Below are positions 63,616 to 64,000 of a DNA stretch of 64,000 bases, piece by piece; position 1 is the stretch's first letter; the number at the start of each line of letters is the position of its first letter. The DNA lies in the IMG/VR virus record IMGVR_UViG_3300022666_000111; one strand, 5' to 3'. The DNA comes from a virus (lineage: Duplodnaviria; Caudoviricetes). The notes below the pieces were generated by a model. The model had not been told where the DNA came from. It ran no database searches and saw nothing but the letters and a program-made list of their open reading frames with translations. The position numbers and the translations under genes are program-made.

Positions 63616-64000
63616 CTAGAAAAGGTCTTCGTCCATGAGCTTGTCGTAAGCGGTGTGGACGGGGTCGGCGGTCATCCGCGTTGGGGCGACGATCGCGTAG
63701 TTCCAATCGTTGTACAATTCGGGGAGGGCGACCTGGATGAATTCGGGCTCGTTATGAGGGTACGGGCTTCGGGGGAGCCCGAGCGTAACCACGGGGATAC
63801 GGGCCATCCTTCCGGGGGCTTCTTCGATGGTGCTTAGGGATGCCACAATCCTGTAAGACTTGCGCATATCCGGGGGCGCCCAGATTTGACCCTCTTCGAC
63901 GGTGTGGCAGAGCACGCATTCGTAGTAGAGGTGCTGCTCCTGCGGATCGTCGTAGGACGACGCGAGGTTGCGTCGTTGGAGGTTGTAGCCCTCCCCGTAA
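63616..64000 (-). CDS. hypothetical protein with acidic tail (5' end outside window)
   Basis: Frame open to window end; ends HTAYDKLMDEDLF. Confidence 0.65.
   Translation of the reverse strand, partial: YGEGYNLQRRNLASSYDDPQEQHLYYECVLCHTVEEGQIWAPPDMRKSYRIVASLSTIEEAPGRMARIPVVTLGLPRSPYPHNEPEFIQVALPELYNDWNYAIVAPTRMTADPVHTAYDKLMDEDLF

Noticed and set aside
1-64000. tRNA/rRNA genes, integrase/transposase, stop-codon reassignment
   Set aside because: None recognised by eye; genes are intact under the standard code and end in TAA, TAG or TGA. A tRNAscan run would be needed to exclude tRNAs fully.

Overview
The window looks like part of a large (jumbo-type) bacteriophage genome of about 60% GC. It holds more than 120 tightly packed, mostly small hypothetical ORFs and no rRNA, tRNA or CRISPR array. 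Host-like lipoproteins and a pilin-like peptide suggest a myxobacterial host (inference). Recognisable genes include an RNA ligase, a DEDDh exonuclease, AAA and ABC ATPases, a vWA protein, an RCC1-repeat lipoprotein, an R-S-E ADP-ribosyltransferase-like protein, several HNH/GIY-YIG/EndoVII nucleases, an ECF-sigma-like protein and a lower-GC tail/receptor-binding block (35.5-41.6 kb). Main unexplained patterns: (1) about seven dispersed ORFs built from pieces of an HK97/encapsulin-type major capsid protein, plus truncated or dead pieces of other core proteins (family A polymerase motif B, DNA methyltransferases, type IV pilin); these may form a decoy or interference arsenal. (2) About ten unrelated proteins share a C-terminal tail, P..[DT]x[FYW]DxLx[DE][DE]D[LFI][FL]. 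(3) Two recurrent promoter-like motifs lie 8-11 nt before start codons: TTGATC-N13-GGCATA-N8-ATG and GGTGTAG-N8-11-ATG. (4) Two insertions carry a replacement 3' end of the gene they interrupt. All family assignments come from motif recognition by eye and memory; no database search was run.
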